From Macrostomum lignano (taxonomy: Eukaryota), in NCBI GenBank assembly GCA_002269645.1, contig NIVC01000077.1:187230-251229 (forward strand): a stretch of 64,000 nucleotides of DNA. The letters run 5' to 3'. Below are positions 58,301 to 64,000 of this stretch, one piece after another (the stretch's first letter is position 1; each line of letters opens with the position of its first letter). The translations under genes were made by a program, and so were the position numbers. The notes beneath the pieces were generated by a model. That model ran no database searches. It saw nothing but the letters and a program-made list of their open reading frames with translations, and had not been told where the DNA came from.

Positions 58301-61300
58301 CCGCACCTGTATTTTGCACGCAGTCAGTTTCTTTAGACAAATAGACACTGTTGAAGCTAGAGGCGCAGTTGCCTTCTAATAACTACACCAAGCAGTCTCG
58401 CGCATGCACAGGCGTTCGAAAATACGCTCACGGCGTGTTATTCTGCTTCCGTGCACTTGTATTTTGCACGCAGTCAGTTTCTTTAGACAAATAGACACTG
58501 TTGAAGCTAGAGGCGCAGTTGCCTTCTAATAACTACACCAAGCAGTCTCGCGCATGCACAGGCGTTCGAAAATACGCTCACGGCGTGTTATTCTGCTTCC
58601 GCGCACTTGTATTTTGCACGCAGTCAGTTTCTTTAGACAAATAGACACGGTTTAAGCTAGAGGCGCAGTTGCCTTCTAATAACTACACCAAGCAGTCTCG
58701 CGCATGCACAGGCGTTCGAAAATACGCTCAATACGCTCACGGCGTGTTATTCTGCTTCCGCGCACTTGTATTTTGCACGCAGTCAGTTTCTTTAGACAAA
58801 TAGACACGGTTTAAGCTAGAGGCGCAGTTGCCTTCTAATAACTACACCAAGCAGTCTCGCGCATGCACAGGCGTTCGATAAAACGCTCACGGCGTGTTAT
58901 TCTGCTTCCGCGCACTTGTATTTTGCACGCAGTCAGTTTCTTTAGACAAATAGACACGGTTTAAGCTAGAGGCGCAGTTGCCTTCTAATAACTACACCAA
59001 GCAGTCTCGCGCATGCACAGGCGTTCGAAAATACGCTCACGGCGTGTTATTCTGCTTCCGTGCACTTGTATTTTGCACGCAGTCAGTTTCTTTAGACAAA
59101 TAGACACGGTTTAAGCTAGAGGCGCAGTTGCCTTCTAATAACTACACCAAGCAGTCTCGCGCATGCACAGGCGTTCGAAAATACGCTCACGGCGTATTAT
59201 TCTGCTTCCGCGCACTTGTATTTTGCACGCAGTCAGTTTCTTTAGACAAATAGACACGGTTTAAGCTAGAGGCGCAGTTGCCTTCTAATAACTACACCAA
59301 GCAGTCTCGCGCATGCACAGGCGTTCGAAAAAACGCTCACGGCGTGTTATTCTGCTTCCGCGCACTTGTATTTTGCACGCAGTCAGTTTCTTTAGACAAA
59401 TAGACACGGTTTAAGCTAGAGGCGCAGTTGCCTTCTAATAACTACACCAAGCAGTCTCGCGCATGCACAGGCGTTCGAAAATACGCTCAATACGCTCACG
59501 GCGTGTTATTCTGCTTCCGCGCACTTGTATTTTGCACGCAGTCAGTTTCTTTAGACAAATAGACACGGTTTAAGCTAGAGGCGCAGTTGCCTTCTAATAA
59601 CTACACCAAGCAGTCTCGCGCATGCACAGGCGTTCGAAAATACGCTCACGGCGTGTTATTCTGCTTCCGTGCACTTGTATTTTGCACGCAGTCAGTTTCT
59701 TTAGACAAATAGACACGGTTTAAGCTAGAGGCGCAGTTGCCTTCTAATAACTACACCAAGCAGTCTCGCGCATGCACAGGCGTTCGAAAATACGCTCACG
59801 GCGTGTTATTCTGCTTCCGCACTTGTATTTTGCACGCAGTCAGTTTCTTTAGACAAATAGACACGGTTTAAGCTAGAGGCGCAGTTGCCTTCTAATAACT
59901 ACACCAAGCAGTCTCGCGCATGCACAGGCGTTCGAAAATACGCTCAATACGCTCACGGCGTGTTATTCTGCTTCCGCGCACTTGTATTTTGCACGCAGTC
60001 AGTTTCTTTAGACAAATAGACACGGTTTAAGCTAGAGGCGCAGTTGCCTTCTAATAACTACACCAAGCAGTCTCGCGCATGCACAGGCGTTCGAAAATAC
60101 GCTCACGGCGTGTTATTCTGCTTCCGTGCACTTGTATTTTGCACGCAGTCAGTTTCTTTAGACAAATAGACACGGTTTAAGCTAGAGGCGCAGTTGCCTT
60201 CTAATAACTACACCAAGCAGTCTCGCGCATGCACAGGCGTTCGAAAATACGCTCACGGCGTATTATTCTGCTTCCGCGCACTTGTATTTTGCACGCAGTC
60301 AGTTTCTTTAGACAAATAGACACGGTTTAAGCTAGAGGCGCAGTTGCCTTCTAATAACTACACCAAGCAGTCTCGCGCATGCACAGGCGTTCGAAAATAC
60401 GCTCAATACGCTCACGGCGTGTTATTCTGCTTCCGCGCACTTGTATTTTGCACGCAGTCAGTTTCTTTAGACAAATAGACACGGTTTAAGCTAGAGGCGC
60501 AGTTGCCTTCTAATAACTACACCAAGCAGTCTCGCGCATGCACAGGCGTTCGAAAATACGCTCACGGCGTGTTATTCTGCTTCCGCGCACTTGTATTTTG
60601 CACGCAGTCAGTTTCTTTAGACAAATAGACACGGTTTAAGCTAGAGGCGCAGTTGCCTTCTAATAACTACACCAAGCAGTCTCGCGCATGCACAGGCGTT
60701 CGAAATACGCTCAATACGCTCACGGCGTGTTATTCTGCTTCCGCGCACTTGTATTTTGCACGCAGTCAGTTTCTTTAGACAAATAGACACGGTTTAAGCT
60801 AGAGGCGCAGTTGCCTTCTAATAACTACACCAAGCAGTCTCGCGCATGCACAGGCGTTCGAAAATACGCTCAATACGCTCACGGCGTGTTATTCTGCTTC
60901 CGCGCACTTGTATTTTGCACGCAGTCAGTTTCTTTAGACAAATAGACACGGTTTAAGCTAGAGGCGCAGTTGCCTTCTAATAACTACACCAAGCAGTCTC
61001 GCGCATGCACAGGCGTTCGAAAATACGCTCACGGCGTGTTATTCTGCTTCCGTGCACTTGTATTTTGCACGCAGTCAGTTTCTTTAGACAAATAGACACG
61101 GTTTAAGCTAGAGGCGCAGTTGCCTTCTAATAACTACACCAAGCAGTCTCGCGCATGCACAGGCGTTCGAAAATACGCTCAATACGCTCACGGCGTGTTA
61201 TTCTGCTTCCGCGCACTTGTATTTTGCACGCAGTCAGTTTCTTTAGACAAATAGACACGGTTTAAGCTAGAGGCGCAGTTGCCTTCTAATAACTACACCA

Positions 61301-64000
61301 AGCAGTCTCGCGCATGCACAGGCGTTCGAAAATACGCTCACGGCGTGTTATTCTGCTTCCGTGCACTTGTATTTTGCACGCAGTCAGTTTCTTTAGACAA
61401 ATAGACACGGTTTAAGCTAGAGGCGCAGTTGCCTTCTAATAACTACACCAAGCAGTCTCGCGCATGCACAGGCGTTCGAAAATACGCTCAATACGCTCAC
61501 GGCGTGTTATTCTGCTTCCGCGCACTTGTATTTTGCACGCAGTCAGTTTCTTTAGACAAATAGACACGGTTTAAGCTAGAGGCGCAGTTGCCTTCTAATA
61601 ACTACACCAAGCAGTCTCGCGCATGCACAGGCGTTCGAAAATACGCTCACGCACGCGTGTTATTCTGCTTCCGCGCACTTGTATTTTGCACGCAGTCAGT
61701 TTCTTTAGACAAATAGACACGGTTTAAGCTAGAGGCGCAGTTGCCTTCTAATAACTACACCAAGCAGTCTCGCGCATGCACAGGCGTTCGAAAATACGCT
61801 CACGGCGTTTATTCTGCTTCCGCGCACTTGTATTTTGCACGCAGTCAGTTTCTTTAGACAAATAGACACGGTTTAAGCTAGAGGCGCAGTTGCCTTCTAA
61901 TAACTACACCAAGCAGTCTCGCGCATGCACAGGCGTTCGAAAATACGCTCAATACGCTCACGGCGTGTTATTCTGCTTCCGCACTTGTATTTTGCACGCA
62001 GTCAGTTTCTTTAGACAAATAGACACGGTTTAAGCTAGAGGCGCAGTTGCCTTCTAATAACTACACCAAGCAGTCTCGCGCATGCACAGGCGTTCGAAAA
62101 TACGCTCACGGCGTGTTATTCTGCTTCCGCGCACTTGTATTTGCACGCAGTCAGTTTCTTTAGACAAATAGACACGGTTTAAGCTAGAGGCGCAGTTGCC
62201 TTCTAATAACTACACCAAGCAGTCTGCGCATGCACAGGCGTTCGAAAATACGCTCACGGCGTGTTATTCTGCTTCCGTGCACTTGTATTTTGCACGCAGT
62301 CAGTTTCTTTAGACAAATAGACACGGTTTAAGCTAGAGGCGCAGTTGCCTTCTAATAACTACACCAAGCAGTCTCGCGCATGCACAGGCGTTCGAAAATA
62401 CGCTCACGGCGTGTTATTCTGCTTCCGCACTTGTATTTTGCACGCAGTCAGTTTCTTTAGACAAATAGACACGGTTTAAGCTAGAGGCGCAGTTGCCTTC
62501 TAATAACTACACCAAGCAGTCTCGCGCATGCACAGGCGTTCGAAAATACGCTCACGGCGTGTTATTCTGCTTCCGTGCACTTGTATTTTGCACGCAGTCA
62601 GTTTCTTTAGACAAATAGACACGGTTTAAGCTAGAGGCGCAGTTGCCTTCTAATAACTACACCAAGCAGTCTCGCGCATGCACAGGCGTTCGAAAATACG
62701 CTCACGGCGTGTTATTCTGCTTCCGCGCACTTGTATTTTGCACGCAGTCAGTTTCTTTAGACAAATAGACACGGTTTAAGCTAGAGGCGCAGTTGCCTTC
62801 TAATAACTACACCAAGCAGTCTCGCGCATGCACAGGCGTTCGAAAATACGCTCACGGCGTGTTATTCTGCTTCCGTGCACTTGTATTTTGCACGCAGTCA
62901 GTTTCTTAGACAAATAGACACGGCTAGAGGCGCAGTTGCCTTCTAATAACTACACCAAGCAGTCTCGCGCATGCACAGGCGTTCGAAAATACGCTCAATA
63001 CGCTCACGGCGTGTTATTCTGCTTCCGCGCACTTGTATTTTGCACGCAGTCAGTTTCTTTAGACAAATAGACACGGTTTAAGCTAGAGGCGCAGTTGCCT
63101 TCTAATAACTACACCAAGCAGTCTCGCGCATGCACAGGCGTTCGAAAATACGTCAATACGCTCACGGCTGTTATTCTGCTTCCGCCACTTGTATTTTGCA
63201 CGCAGTCAGTTTCTTTAGACAAATAGACACGGTTTAAGCTAGAGGCGCAGTTGCCTTCTAATAACTACACCAAGCAGTCTCGCGCATGCACAGGCGTTCG
63301 AAAATACGCTCACGGCGTGTTATTCTGCTTCCGGACACTTGTATTTGCACGCAGTCAGTTTCTTTAGACAAATAGACACGTTTAAGCTAGAGGCGCAGTT
63401 GCCTTCTAATAACTACACCAAGCAGTCTCGCGCATGCACAGGCGTTCGAAAATACGCTCAATACGCTCACGGCGTGTTATTCTGCTTCCGCACTTGTATT
63501 TTGCACGCAGTCAGTTTCTTTAGACAAATAGACACGGTTTAAGCTAGAGGCGCAGTTGCCTTCTAATAACTACACCAAGCAGTCTCGCGCATGCACAGGC
63601 GTTCGAAAATACGCTCAATACGCTCACGGCGTGTTATTCTGCTTCCGTGCACTTGTATTTTGCACGCAGTCAGTTTCTTTAGACAAATAGACACGGTTTA
63701 AGCTAGAGGCGCAGTTGCCTTCTAATAACTACACCAAGCAGTCTCGCGCATGCACAGGCGTTCGAAAATACGCTCAATACGCTCACGCGCGGTGTTATTC
63801 TGCTTCCGCGCACTTGTATTTTGCCGCAGTCAGTTTCTTTAGACAAATAGACACGGTTTAAGCTAGAGGCGCAGTTGCCTTCTAATAACTACACCAAGCA
63901 GTCTCGCGCATGCACAGGCGTTCGAAAAACGCTCACGCGTGTTATTCTGCTTCGCGCACTTGTATTTTGCACGCAGTCATTCTTTAGACAAATAGACACG
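58301..64000. repeat. 150-bp satellite (159-bp variant with AATACGCTC duplication), running off the window
   Basis: Period of 150 nt (e.g. TTCTGCTTCC at 58441 and 58591), very homogeneous and CpG-rich. Confidence 0.98.

Overview
Eukaryotic (animal) genomic window. Intron style, repeat load and a 150-bp satellite suggest a flatworm such as Macrostomum, but this is inference only. 1-15982 is the right-hand part of an apparently intact endogenous Polinton/Maverick (adintovirus-like) element. It encodes a protein-primed PolB, a membrane protein, a fibre, a cysteine protease, minor and major capsid proteins, a packaging ATPase, a PD-(D/E)XK nuclease and a PLA2-integrase, and it ends in ...CTACTACT. 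The main discovery is a 299-nt group I (IC1-like) self-splicing intron at 13588-13886 that splits the viral PLA2-integrase gene inside the conserved G|PGT loop. P1, P3, P4, P6a, P7, P8, P9 and P9.0 can all be paired by eye, and the intron ends in A instead of the near-universal omega-G. The Polinton also carries dispersed arrays of GC-rich triloop mini-hairpins (one in-frame inside PolB) and an internal inverted copy of its own terminus. 18031-28176 is a young full-length Ty3/Gypsy LTR retrotransposon on the minus strand (ATTG TSD, GGGAAAC -1 frameshift site, extra ORF3, no obvious polypurine tract). The host genes are all on the + strand: 3' exons of NOL6, a canopy/CNPY2-like gene whose 8-kb intron is almost pure 31-bp satellite, and a leishmanolysin/invadolysin (LMLN). 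Also present are a THAP-carrying non-autonomous P element, hAT/Merlin/Mutator-type miniature elements, LINE and Penelope relics, and 48-bp and 150-bp satellites.
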